From positions 26,632,150 through 26,696,149 of the forward strand of contig NC_134026.1 in NCBI RefSeq assembly GCF_964204645.1: a stretch of 64,000 nucleotides of DNA. The letters are read 5' to 3'. A program made the translations under genes and the position numbers. This DNA is from Tubulanus polymorphus. Taxonomy: Eukaryota; Animalia; Nemertea. Under the pieces are notes generated by a model. It was not told the origin of the DNA. It did no database searches and saw only the letters and a list, made by a program, of their open reading frames with translations. Below are positions 1-13,000 of this stretch, in pieces. Numbering within the stretch: position 1 is the stretch's first letter; each line of letters starts with the position of its first letter.

Positions 1-435
1 CTATTCATTTAGTTTGATATGAACTGCACTGTACAACCCCCAAGTTGAGTAACACAGGCACAATTCTACATATAGTTTAGAAAAAAAGAGGGCCGGGCTG
101 GGGGTCTCTGGCTATGCCGGGATGGAAGACGTCTCAAAAAAGTAAAAAAGAGGCTTGCATTATTGCATTTTTGCAAGCAGCAGATGCAGAGGCGCAAATA
201 AAGCAACAGGTAGTTTGAGGTCTTGCCTTCCCCATTTTATAAATATCGAAGCGACTGCAGTTACGTGTCATTAGTAATGAATTCTATCTTATGAATTTGC
301 GAAATAAATTTTCTTGATTTGAATTGAAGTTTCGGGATTCTGGAAAATGAAAGTGCAGTCCTACTGAGTCAAATAAAGTCCATTAATGTACCGGGTAAGT
401 AAATAAAACATGTCATTGTATTCATTCATACTTAC

Positions 436-465
436 CTCAATTGCACCAGCTGTGAGAGAAGTCAT
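436..465 (-). CDS. Candidate first coding exon (MTSLTAGAIE) of an RPA1/RPA70-like gene continuing left out of the window
   Basis: AAAATG start, 10 codons, then a strong GAG|GTAAGT donor at 435 (phase 0). The peptide resembles the RPA70 N-terminus (human MVGQLSEGAIA). E2F- and ETS-like sites lie just upstream. Only 10 aa are visible, so identity is tentative. Confidence 0.45.
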
Positions 466-517
466 TTTGATAAAATCTGAATAAAGAAATCGATTTATAC
501 TCAAACCGTAAAATGTA

Positions 518-556
518 CGCGAAAATTTACTTCCGGCGCTTCTCTTATCGCGGGAG
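518..556 (-). promoter_or_regulatory. E2F-like and ETS/GABP-like sites upstream of the candidate RPA1 exon
   Basis: On the minus strand: TTTTCGCG (518-525), CCGGAAGT (529-536) and CTCCCGC (550-556), 50-90 nt upstream of ATG 465. Confidence 0.4.
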
Positions 557-1267
557 TTTACCCTACTTTTAGGATAGGGCTTCATTTTTGACCGGTGCTC
601 GCTACAGCAATGAATAGAATTTGAGTTGATTTAATATATCGGCTTTTTTACATCGGATTTACAATTTGTTGAAATGCCGATGGTTATGTGATGAATCTTT
701 TCTTACTGTTCTATTTAGGACTCGAACCCAATCGGTATCCATACTTCCCGCCGGCGTCATCCGCGCCATGCATGACGCACCACTGGAAGGACCAATCAGA
801 TCTAGATATTTTCTTCGCGGGAATACAAGTCCACTTTTTGTACCAAATGTCAATGGTGGTTCTTTGGTTTGCAACCACCATCACCTACGAACGAAAGCTT
901 TGATCAAGATCTCTTCATCAATTTCCAGTGCCCAGGATCATCGAGACATCATCAAATTGATTTCCGGCCACTAATTATTGTCTATGCACATCTAGATCGA
1001 TGTAATTATTGATTGACTCGCTGCTTGTTCTAATCAAGATACTCCCGGAACTGTAATTACTAGAGGTAGGAAGTGTTAAGCGGTCAACTTCTCTAAAGTT
1101 TCTAAGCAACAGTGAAAACATTGCGCGGGGCCAGGTCTAGAGTGTGGACAGCTCTTATTATTAACTTCCCGTTATTTGACATAGTTCAGGACTACGATGA
1201 AGTGACAGGATTAGCTGCAGTGGTACGCAGGTATTTCATCGAACCAGGGAATACAGAAAGTTCTAGA

Positions 1268-1960
1268 ATGATATCATCTACGATTTTATTGGTATTGATA
1301 TATTTGTCCTCAACAACAGGTAAACCCGCGCTTTTATCTTATAGCTTACCTTTTTCATAACGTTGAAAAACTGAAACTGCTCGTTTTGATTCCTTCTGTA
1401 GTTGTCTCTGCGTTAAAATGCTACAGTTGTTTCGGGACGAACAAAGCAGGGGAAGGCGTTATAACGACAAACAAGAACGTGGGCCCGATAAACGTCACGA
1501 AGCCATGTTTCGACGGAGCAGTACTTGACTTAAATTTGATAAAGAATCATACATGCGACCGGGTAAAAGGAAACGCCAACTTTTCATGTATGGTAAGTAT
1601 GGTAGATACAATTACAACGGCTACTAATGAATAAATGCGAGCTGTTTAATTCGCGGTAGTTTGGACCATCAGCCCGACAGGGATTAATCACGCAATATTT
1701 CGTTTCAGAAAGCTTCATCACGCTGGAATAGTGTTGCCGCTGTGTATAGGGTCTGTGAACCGAACTGCACCGCTGGTTATCACAAAATCGACGGTCACGA
1801 ATATTACGCCTGGTGCTGCAACAGTGATTTGTGCAATTCCGCAACAAAGGTCTCCACTCCGCGTTTGTTGTGGACTTCGCTAATGACGACTTTAATATAT
1901 TTCGTTCGTATGCCACGATTTCCGGAAACTGTCTTTCGTCAAGGGTTCGCGAAACGTTAA
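1268..1960 (+). CDS. Ly6/uPAR (three-finger, CD59/Quiver-like) protein, secreted and probably GPI-anchored
   Basis: Exons 1268-1319, 1402-1592, 1709-1960 (GT-AG, phases 1 and 0). Signal peptide MISSTILLVLIYLSSTTVVSA, then LKCYSC, 10 Cys ending in WCCNSDLCN, then a hydrophobic C-terminal segment LLWTSLMTTLIYFV. Confidence 0.88.
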
Positions 1961-2306
1961 CCATGATTAACACTAACTCTTCCAATGTCTGGATTAACTT
2001 GAATGAATTTATTTCACATCGTTATGATGGCAAAACATTATATAGTATAATATTATATACGTATAATATAATTGCGTTTACAAAAGTATTTGAAGTGGAG
2101 GAAAATATAGAATTTACATGTAAATTATTATGAAGTAAATTGGCATGGTGCAAGTTAACACGTATGGATAAGGTTTCATTGCTAATCACAAACTAAATCG
2201 TTTAGTGGATACATCGATGAGTATAGGATCATTTTACTTATATACCTTATCATTTACAGATATCATTTATAAAGTGACATTTCACCTGAAATCTCAGGGG
2301 TCAAGA

Positions 2307-5300
2307 TTATTCCATTGATGTTGGGTCTATCCCAGGATATTCACAATCGCGACAAATTCGACATTTTGCAGGTTTATCTGTAATAGGAATATACATAGGC
2401 TATATCTAATATAAATTTAATCAGTACATATGGTTGAATTCAAATGTATCGAGTTGGTGTTACCTGTCGGATTGTAGTGACAGTAGCGAAAAATTATCTG
2501 CAGTTTCTCATTCCGATCGTCGTTGACCTGCAATGGCGTATCGTAGTTTTTCTGGTGACGAATTTGCTGATATCCGTATCGATAATCATAAGTTTGTGTT
2601 GTCTGATACTGAAATACGTAATTGGAGTTGTCCGTTGCCCATCCCAATTTTTCCGTCGTGAGCTCCATTCCATATACTTGTTGGCAACGTTCAATACCAG
2701 CTCTCCTGGAAAATTAACATCATCATATCTAATGAATTTCCTTAAAATCCAACCGTTCTGAATACTGAATACTTTAACTTAAATCTTACGCGAGTAGATA
2801 GAAAGGATGCTTGTTTGGTAAAACAATTGGTTTGTTCACGTCCCCGTCATTTCGACAGCAGTAACCGATAACTGTAGAACTCGTATTATACTCGCCATCG
2901 GGTAAGATACCTCCGATGCTGTTGCGACTGTTCACTACAGCATCTTTCCATTTTACTGACGATTCCTCAAAACCTAGAAAATAGTTTATGATATGTTACT
3001 GAATTACTTTGAACTTAGCACCTTAGTCCGAATTTGTAAATATTCTCACCTATTGGACATGATATCCCATTTTTCACGATGCAATATTGTCCCTTTGGCC
3101 ACGTGTACGCAACCATATCGTAATATGAAATTGTCTTGACACAAAAAGAACTGTTCACAGAAGCTCTCGTGATGGCACCGTACCAATTACTGTTCAAGCT
3201 GGCGTCCCATTTGTTCACATATCGGGAAGGGGCGTCTTGGAACCTCCAGCCGAGTTTCCATTCATCTTCCATTGATGGGCACCCACCGCTTGCCGCTGGT
3301 AGAGCGTACATGCCTCCTGGCCACTTAACGATGAATTTCATTTCCGGATCTTCGAAAGTAACTGATCTTGTAAGATATGTAAATTAATGTAATGTGATTC
3401 ACTTATCTTATTTTAGGAACTTACCTTTGATAACATCCATTGACTTATCTTGCATTATTAAATCAGTTGCATTTGCCAGTTTATCACGCAGAGATTCTTT
3501 AGTTTTGCTTGATCCATGATACCATTTGTAAATGTGTGTTATCGGCGTTAATACCCAACGTAAAGGATCAAATTTTCCAGGTGAACCGATGTTATTGATT
3601 TTGTTGTATAAAGTTAAGTTTTGTTTCAGATTTTCAATTGATTCAAGACAGTTGCGGAGTAAATGAACTTCTAGGAAGGCTGCTGTATTTATTGTAGGTT
3701 TACTGCTACACACCTTCAGCGACTCTTTCTTCTAAAAAATAATAAGTGGATAACATAGTGAAATAGAGAATAGTACGGATGATTCGGATTAAAATGAAAA
3801 TAAACCACTTTATCAATTTTCTCATGTCCAACGACTACGATTTATACATAGAGTTTATGCAGTGGTGTATATGTGGATGTATTTATTCTCATCATATTCT
3901 TGTAGTCTATATGTGTTACCAGAAATTCATGTGTTTTTTTTTGTGTCACTCTTACCATGTATGTATGAACTAATGAACTAATGACGATGCGTTCTCTATT
4001 TTATACGTCGCTGCCCATACGAGTCTAGATAAAAGAGTTAATTGATTGTTGAAATGACTTACATGTTTGAGGATATAATCCAGCAAAATTAATGAGGAAA
4101 GCGAATAGTCAACATATTTCTTGATGCCAAAATGAATGCCGGTTACAACATGCTAGAAATATAAACATAACGTGTAATTTTCGTAACAAATAGATGAAAT
4201 GAACTCTCTCTCCATTATAGTGCTAAAATTCTATACCGTTCCCCATCTTGCAAAAAACAATTTAGCAGTTTTTGGATCGTTGAAATCTGTTTTAATCAGT
4301 TGTCTTGAAAATTCATAGGTAATATCATCGGTGTAGTCAGTTCGAAGCCGGGCTTCTCCCATTGGACAATACATTCTACTTTCTGCCAGAAAAAATCTCG
4401 ATTCTGTAGTCGAGCTCATAGCTGAAATCAATTTGTTGCGAGAGGTTTAATGTTGTTTGACATTTTTAGGTGAAAATGGGAATCAAGTGCATGCGTATTT
4501 ACGACTGCATATTTTATTTTACCTTTGCTACCGGTAAACAACTGTGAAATAGTTTTATCGTAATCACCCTCTGAAATATTGAAACGTCGAATGAAGTAAA
4601 ATACGAATCCATGAATATTGAAAAAGAAGAACTTTAATTAGTCAGTTACCCGTCAGAATTATATCCCGTTTTCTTGCATCCTGATAACTCTTCGGGCCAG
4701 TGATATATCGAGTATCATCCTCTGAGATACAGTTTCTCCTTTCGAAAAAGCGCACTCGAGATGGTATCCGTCTTAAGAATAGAAACGTTTGTTAATGATC
4801 TATATATTAATGGTGGCCGGTTAACGATATCGAGCATTATATTTTCTTAAAAATGTATGGGCCTATCCTCAAAATTTGATTGTTTTAAACGCCGCATAAA
4901 TATCTACGTTAAAACAGTGATATCCTTAACAATTTAAACACTTTTTGAATTGATTTTAAGGCGTTATTTACTGACTTTTTGATTAATTGAAATTTTTCCA
5001 TGTTTTTTTTTAAATTCAACCAATGAAAAGCGTTTTTTTTTCTTAATTTATGCTCCCGTATATTGCAAATCTACGTAAATCGAATAATATTTACAAAAGT
5101 AAGAACAATATTACCGGGTTTTGTTAGGACCGTGATACAGATATCCTTCATCCGCTGGTGCTGGAAATATCCGCCGGGTCAGTTTCAAACCGGGGTCACT
5201 ATGACCGAGACTTGGATTACCAATAAATACATCATATCCCAAACCAAGAGCCGAAATCTCGTACGGTAGGGACACAGTGTTGATAGCCTCAACCCAAAAA

Positions 5301-5341
5301 TCCTGAGCAAAAACTAACAGTAACAGCAAACACACCGACAT
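2307..5341 (-). CDS. Apextrin-like MACPF + ApeC domain secreted protein (~595 aa)
   Basis: Phase-consistent exons 5341-5115, 4771-4650, 4570-4523, 4421-4237, 4152-4063, 3731-3425, 3361-3050, 2973-2790, 2705-2464, 2377-2307. The last exon is tentative; read-through gives a stop at 2417. Signal peptide; LGLGYDVFIGNP..DPG; MACPF signature FFARWGTHVVTGIHFG; ApeC motifs WPGGMYALP..GCP, WPKGQYCI..CP, LPDGEY, YCCRNDG, PFYLL, CQQVYGM, YCHY. Confidence 0.88.
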
Positions 5342-5643
5342 CTTCCTGGTTGATCGACTTATGATTGAAATACCAGAGCACCACTGATTTTATTGATCGA
5401 GAGCAATTCGTCGTAATGGGAATCTTATACAAGGAAATGCGGTGCCGTTTTGGTCTACACAGATGAGGCCTCGATTAAAATGGGTTAAGACTTCAGACAG
5501 ACGACAAACAAACACAAATACTCAAACAAGTGGAGAGTTCGTATAGGAAATATCTTTTTAAAATATTCAGAGAGCTTCTTCATAATGGTTTTATTATCTA
5601 ACATTCACGTACAGTTCTTTCAATGGAACCTAAACAGAAATAT

Positions 5644-7082
5644 CTATATTTTCAATTTGGCATAGAATTTCATCGACATTGATAAAGCTTCCTCAAATCC
5701 GAATATCGGTGAATAGTTTAATTCCCTGCGTCCTTTCAAACTACTGAAGTAAATAGTTGTATTCAAATAAATAATGCTTGACAAAGATATTTGGGGATTT
5801 ATGTTTCCGAAAAGTGGCTTCAAAAACCAAAGTGCCCATTCAAATGCATTTAGTATACTATATACCAGTCGGTATGAGGTATTCTTAGTCGAAAGGGAAA
5901 ATCCTTTAGCTTTTAGGAAAGGTTTCATTAAAGTAAAGCAGTTTGCTACTGGTGAATCGTCTGTAATGAAATATTCATTTCCGCCGTAATTCTTCTGGGA
6001 CATGAGCGTTTCAAGGGCACTCACGTGAGCCCAGGCGACATTACCTACGTAAGCGTGCTGAAATTTGGAATAGCCATCACCAATTTGTCTCAACACCCCA
6101 CCGTTCGATTTTGCTGATATTAACGCATTTGGAATGTAATAAGGATCTTCTTCGCCGTACATAATATTGGGGCGAAGTGAAACGGTGACGAAGTTTTCAT
6201 CCGTTTTGAGCTTGGTTCCATTTGCTTCGCGAACTAGGACCTCAGCTTTATGTTTTGTATCTGGATAGCCAGTGAACATAAATTTTTGTGGGATCGACGT
6301 GGACTCTTCATCTCCACATATAATTTGATTATTTCCAATAACGACATCGATAGTACTCGTGAAAACTAGACATCGGACATTCATCTCGATACACGCTTTC
6401 AATAGAGCATTCGTACCTAAAACACACCGAGTTTGTTTTTAGCAAATTGTAGAACAATTAATTAGAAGATCAAGAGGTTTCAGAACTAGGTTACATTGAT
6501 AGATATCATGGATTCAACTTGCCTTGAACGTTGACCTTTTCCATTGTTTCTATATCAGGAAACATATTAAAACTAATAACACCAGCGGTATGGATCACCC
6601 CAGTTACTCCATGTAGGGCCTCTTTCAGTCGTTTCTGATCGCATATATCTCCCCTTATTGACGTAATCCGCTTTGGCTCTGGGTGGCCTAAATCGGATTT
6701 ACAAAGCAGCAGGGAATAGATAAATTGAAATTGGTAATATGAGGATAGGATCACACGTATTAAGTTCATCCGTATATGCGCGGATAACAACATTTCAAAT
6801 ATAGAATTACATTAAGAAATGTGCATCTTGTTCACCTAATTTGTTGACGTATTGTTTGGTGTCGTATACTACGATCTTTTTGATGTTTGGTGCTTTTTCC
6901 TGTAGTAACTTCACGATATGCATTCCGAGGAAACCTGCTCCGCCAGTTACAAGAACGGAATATTGTGATTTATTTGTATAATTAGGACTGACAATCGCTG
7001 GATTTTCACTATTCGCCTCATCCAAGTGATTTTTCCTTACGAAAGAAGTCCCCGTTGTTGAAGAAGAACGATCAATCCCCAT
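5644..7082 (-). CDS. 3-beta-hydroxysteroid dehydrogenase/isomerase family extended SDR (HSD3B7/SDR42E1-like)
   Basis: Exons 7082-6836, 6687-6523, 6416-5644. Motifs VLVTGGAGFLG, GDI, VIHTAG, VNVQGT, catalytic YPDTK, LRPNIMYG, YVGNVAWAH. The second intron is GC-AG. A likely 5'UTR exon ends at ~7463. Confidence 0.9.
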
Positions 7083-10000
7083 CTTTGAATAGGTTTTTGT
7101 GATATTGCAAACTGTTCTAAAATTTAAAAAAATTGAAAAACTACCACTACGGTAAAACGACGGCGTCATAGTAAAAAATATTTTTATAAGATCACTGTAC
7201 ATGTGTAGTCTATTACGTAAATGCAATTTCTGTTTTTACTGGATGATGTATTAGACTTTACAACATGATATTCCAGTTTGATAACAACGATTAAAACAGA
7301 GGTCGCCAAATCTTTATGTCTAAAATGTTATGTTGAAATAAAAATGCTGATTTTGTTAATAAATCGTACGTTCTATCAATTCAATTTCGATTTTTTTCTA
7401 AATTTCCTTCCGATACTATTCAATCAACCATGAAATTGAAATGGACGAATAAAAGATCATACCTGGCGTTGAAAAATTTTCGAAACATGTCTGACTTTAA
7501 TCTTCTGAACAGATACGGTTGTCTCTCTGGATACGGTCGTGGCACAGAATGAATTAAATTCGCCTGACAGTCATCATCATTAGACATGGGCGTGGTGAAT
7601 ATTAATTAACATAATTCTAAAGGGTAAACACACACGTGAAATAAAGCATCATAACGAAAAACAACCGTATATAAAATGTGTTGGGGTTTGCAAACGATAA
7701 GAAAAGAGCAACGACAGTAAGACAACAATTGGAAAACTGTATCTGCCAAACGTTTTAGTTTTGGGCTAAACATCCACCGTATACTTATATCCACGGGATA
7801 ATCGTGTGATTTCTCGTGTTACGCTCAGATTGCGGGTAATTTGTTTCTTTGCCGATGTACAAGCATATATATATACGTATATATGTATATGTATCCTAAT
7901 ATAGGTTTTTTATGTCCGCCCAGGCAGATAATCAGAAAACGCGATGGGATGCAGTGTATAAAGCATCAGAGGATTGTCATGCATTCATTCCATCTAAAGC
8001 TGGTAAATTGATTCTCCGCCATGATAAATATCCGTTAACTGAAAACACGGTCATACAATCTATATACATAATTTCATATCTCGTCACGACGTTCACAGCC
8101 CGACGTGCTTTGCGGGGAAGTTACGAAATTCATAAAAAATTGTACGTATTGGATTGTAATGATTTTGGTAACCTTGATGTAGATAGTGTTCCCGGCTATT
8201 CCACCACCAACATGAAATTCTTAAATACGAAGAGGGATTTCCGTGTATATATAAGCTTATATATTTATTTATGGCATCAGATAGATAGAATTAAGGCTCG
8301 AAAGATGAACATCGTGAAAAGAGCACAGATAAAAATGAAGCAGGTCTTTCACTGTGGTGATGATTGTTAATGAAGAAAGTGTTAGGTAGAAGATGGTGGT
8401 AGAAAGTCTCGAATAAATCAACTACACTGTGCGTAATGAATACAGTTTCTCCTAGCAACAGGTGATTTGGACTAGCTAGCTCACGTGGCTACCGGTGGCG
8501 AACGTCGAGAATAGATCCGAAGAATAATGATTCGTTCGTTTCGGTACAAGATGTTCGCTCGTGTTTGTGTAAAAGAAGAATGATTTTTTGTTGTGATATG
8601 AGTCGTATGTTTCGTCATTAATATTTAATTTATCTTGAATAACTAGTTCAATCGTAGAGCAGCCACACTCAGAAGTGGAAAATAGATAATATGATAAAAA
8701 CTGATTGAAAGATTTCAAAAGCAAGATTTATTTTTCGAAAAATTAAAAACAGGGGACATTTTTATTTAATGCGTCGAATGATAAATCTTCCATTTGAAAT
8801 TTTCTTATTTCCACACAGTGGATTTTTATCTGCGTTCCAGATAAATAGCCGGAATCCTGATCGAGGCTTAATACTTCATTCTCGTATTCAAACCAACTTT
8901 GGGTGGATTTAGAATTGAGAATTTTTAAAAAAAGTCCACCTGTAACAATTTTAAGACAAGAAATTCACCGGGAACGTATTTTATATAAGCGTATTGCGTA
9001 TCATGTTGATAAAACAAGGATTATGAAACCACTGATGTTTGTCCGCATTTAGCCAGAAACCCTTATCGTCTTACGCTACAGGTGTTTCGGAAATGTAATC
9101 CACAAAGTGGTTAGAGTCTTGATTCTCATACGAGCGGTAGTTAAACTTGACTAATAAAACAAACATCTCTCTTCAATGTAGGATGCATGCATGATTTTTT
9201 TCTAAAATAGATCCAGCGTTGATATAAACGGTTGAAGTCTTTTACTAGCTCAAGCAACGTTAATTTAAAACAAACTAATTTTCGTTTGAAGAATCCATAA
9301 CGAGATAGAACAGAAATGAAGCAACGGAAATGTGTATACACATTAAATGCCTGTATTCATCTTTATTCCTTTTTCTAGTCTACACTTATAAAGATAAACG
9401 AAAGAAAACTTTCTTCATGTACATTTTTTTCATCTAACGAGGTAGTTATACACATCGCCATAAAATGAAACATTCGCGTTATCATTCATTCAGAATCAAG
9501 TGAAATGGATACAAGTGAATTTAATTAACGAGTGATTCTTATATACATATATATTCACAAGGTACTCACTTTAGAGAGCGATGCAGCACGCATCAAAACA
9601 TCCGTGAATATTTCGACGGTCGAACAACGACTCTAATTTATTACAACATCGTATTGACAGGAAACTAATCATTTTTGAAAAATCGCTTTCAAGATACAAA
9701 GGATATTTGTAGATTTATTGTCCATAATCATTGGATACAGAGTTGGCGACAACCGACAATCCACCAATTTCCCATGTACGTGACTGCGAAACTCTGTAAC
9801 TGATAGTGGTCTTACTTACTTTGATGCTAGTAAATCAATTGATTGGCCCGATCATTGGGTCATCTAAAAGATGACGACAAACAAAATGGTTGGTCATTTG
9901 TCTTGATTTATATGTGATTAAGGGTGAGTAGTGAAACACGAGATGCATATCGAGCTCGAGCAATTACAGAATGGACGACATGATTACAACAGACATGCGG

Positions 10001-13000
10001 TTCTCCGGACTTCAGTCGCCAGCAACAGGCAGATTAACTTGAGCTTATGATTCCGGAGTATCGAAGGCAGTACAGTTCAACCAGCGTCATTAGTTAAATA
10101 TCTCGATATCTGATCGCCAATTCATATTGAATACAGTCGCTCGTAACGACCGTCATCGTACATTTTGATTTCGTGAAATGAGTTTGATAAGGACGAATGA
10201 AAAGGTTACGGCTATAAGTACAGTCGCCAGACATTTGATGATAAGGCAGCTGACTCGCGGATTAGTAGCAAGGTCTGTTGCAAGGAGACTAGAGTCGTTG
10301 ACATGAGCTCATTAGATTTTATGGGACAAAGTTGTACCCATTTGTAACTCGATCACGTACTTAATAGTCCCCGTTACAGAAATCTCGTTTACAGAATCAG
10401 GATCTGTTCGGCGTCATTGTCAACGTAAACAAAAATCTATCTATTTCCGATCAGTGATGTAGACTTTATGTGCATTCAATGTATACGCTGAAAAAATTAA
10501 TCATTTCAAATTTGATTTTTGAAGTAAAATGATTTTCTGGAAGAATTGCAGAATGATTTTAATAATTGAATCGTCACAAATGAAAAAGTCTGAAAAACAA
10601 TAAGAATTCCTACATTTTTAAAAACATGGTATACAAAAAATAAATGAATAGTTTTCACGCTCCAAGCATAACTTTTTTCATATTTGGTACATTCTGTATT
10701 AAAATTACCCTATTTATAAACTGGCTTAGAAGTCTTTTTTAGCAAGTGTTAGGGAGAGAAATTGAAGGAATACACTGGTGTAGTATTAATAGATGCCGAG
10801 TTTTTCTAGTACCACTGATCAATGGTTGATTCAACTAGAAATTTTTAGACCTAACAAGACGTCTTACTATTCTCCGTCGAAAAAAGCATCACTCACGGAA
10901 TTAGAAAAAAGAAGGCCTTTATAAAACATGCGAAGGCGAGCATTCAGGCATGATTATTAATATTCTCTACACTCCATCGTACTCTAAATAGAATTCGATA
11001 TTTATTTATAAGAACACCACGGCGCTGTAAGATTATGTGGCGTAATACTGCCCGAATCTATCTTCAACTTATTGTTTTATGTTTTTCCGGCTCCGTGTTC
11101 CGTGTAACATTGATTCATATTTACACGAACATACGGAATTTCTGTATGGCATTGCCCCATATATCATCCGAATAGCTAGACACTTGTAATCCATTACCCA
11201 TAGTTGTCACCAAGTTTTGTCGATAACGGCGGTTCCTTCCTGGCCGCCTTCGCCTGAGCGCCCGTTGATCAAGACTGGTTGCATCATTGAGAAAAAAATG
11301 AGTGCACTTAACGCGTCCAAGCATGAATCTCGACAAGTCATTGTAGCGGCAACCAGTCCATGATGGATGGTCCAAATTCAGCGCGCTTGACAATAGTTGC
11401 TTGGCAACATAAGTTAATCACAGCAATGCAGGTAGATTAATGTAATCAGAAGATCACTCGAGTTAAATGCCCAAGCAACAGGTCTGCGTATTACTTCCGG
11501 TTGAATATGAGAGTAAATTGGCTCAGTTACAACAGGCGCCCAGACGATCTCTATCTGAACCAGCAACAGTCAAATGATTATCTCATTTTTGGTTCATCAA
11601 CCACGAACGTCTTTCCGAGTTTGATCCCTTCTGAAATGGATGAGAAAATATCATAAATAAGTGATATGCTATACCAGTGATTACGATTAAGAAGTGACTT
11701 CCATTGCTCATAAAATATCATTGAATGATAGGCGAATAAATTTAACTGGCTCGTTTCTACTATCGACCAAGAGCAAATGTCATGCCTAATTTGTCGTTAG
11801 TTACTGTTCTCGATAATCAAGCTACGCGACTGGCGCCAAAATATTTGTCAAAACTTCATTCTGATATTTGACGAATGCAAATATAACGAAGAAATTGAAC
11901 AACTGCTGATCAATAGCTTGACAATAAATAAATTGATTCCACGGCCATTATATTTGGTTGATTTTCTTTGCTAATCAGAGGATTTACAAATTCGGAATCG
12001 AAACGGCAATAACCGTCTTCTATTATGGATCACATGAGTTGAATGGATGTTCGAACTCAATTTATAACCACAATCAATGATCGGTTGAGAAAAATCTTTA
12101 TCTTATTCATCAACAAAGTTCATTCAATCGATTCGACAGAACAAGATGTACATTCCCCAAAATGTATCACTGATCCAGATAGTCTCTTCGTATCGTACGA
12201 AATAACGAAAAGCAATTTGATTTACAATATTGTGATTCACAACAATGCACGCATGTCACGATTATCAATGATAGTTTAAATTTCATATCAAGATTTGAAT
12301 TCACGTCCGTCGCTGAGAATATTGGTAAGTTTGGTACTTCTACCCGGCACTTCAACGAGTTTTACGAGTATTACGAGTTTTGCCTTATTCGTCATAACGC
12401 ATCATTCCAACTTGACTCATGAATATTATCAACCACAATTTTTCGACTCTTCAAATTTTCAACACGAGTACGTATAAGTATCAATGCTGAAGAAAAGCCA
12501 CGTGACAATTTCGTTCGAGCGACACATTCGTCATTAATTCTTTACTTTCAATGGCGTCAATGTCTGCGTTTTATGTTAGAATCATTTCGAATATAAACGT
12601 GAGGAAATATTGACTGTAAAGCTGCATAAAAACGGTCAAGGGGCATTTTGGGAAGCCTTTTGACACGCATATACTTGACTAGGTCTCCTCGCACCAGAAC
12701 GACGTATCGCAGCACGCAATGGCAGTTGCATATGGTTATCTAATTATGGTTATCTTTGATTTGAGGTACACCATCTGCTAACAAATTTCTCCCGCTTTTA
12801 ACCATGTTTTAACCAAGCTGTTATCATAGCGAATGGGATTGCGATACAGTACACGATAGTATAGCGTGATAATAAAAATCAACGTCAATTTGAATTTGCT
12901 CCTCGAAGTCGCCGTGAGTCAGGGATCCACGAATGAATGTAACACTTAAGGACTCTTCATCAAAACACAATTAAACAATGAATCACCATAACTTTGATTA

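Noticed and set aside
715-775. tRNA-like sequence on the minus strand (T-arm TTGGGTTCGAGTCCTAA, D-like GGCG/CGCC stem)
   Set aside because: No acceptor stem and no proper anticodon arm; at most a decayed SINE head.
659-974. Overlapping ORFs of 71-102 aa on both strands
   Set aside because: No motifs or splice support; they lie in a divergent promoter region.
3732-4062. Apparent broken extra MACPF exon (frameshift in an A9 run plus an in-frame TAA) suggesting a pseudogene
   Set aside because: The flanking exons join in phase 0 and already supply the expected IGSP..DPL..LTPI segment, so this is ordinary intron.
7912-8370. 152-aa plus-strand ORF
   Set aside because: No recognisable domain and AT-rich random-like composition, with no supporting exon structure.
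11121-11393. Arg-rich 90-aa minus ORF with a 10-bp inverted repeat GACTGGTTGC/GCAACCAGTC
   Set aside because: Non-ATG start and no in-frame acceptor; the stem is too short and the loop too long for a pre-miRNA.
12730-12760. TGGTTATCT twice, reminiscent of miR-9
   Set aside because: The seed TCTTTGG is absent and there is no hairpin partner; it is a short tandem duplication.
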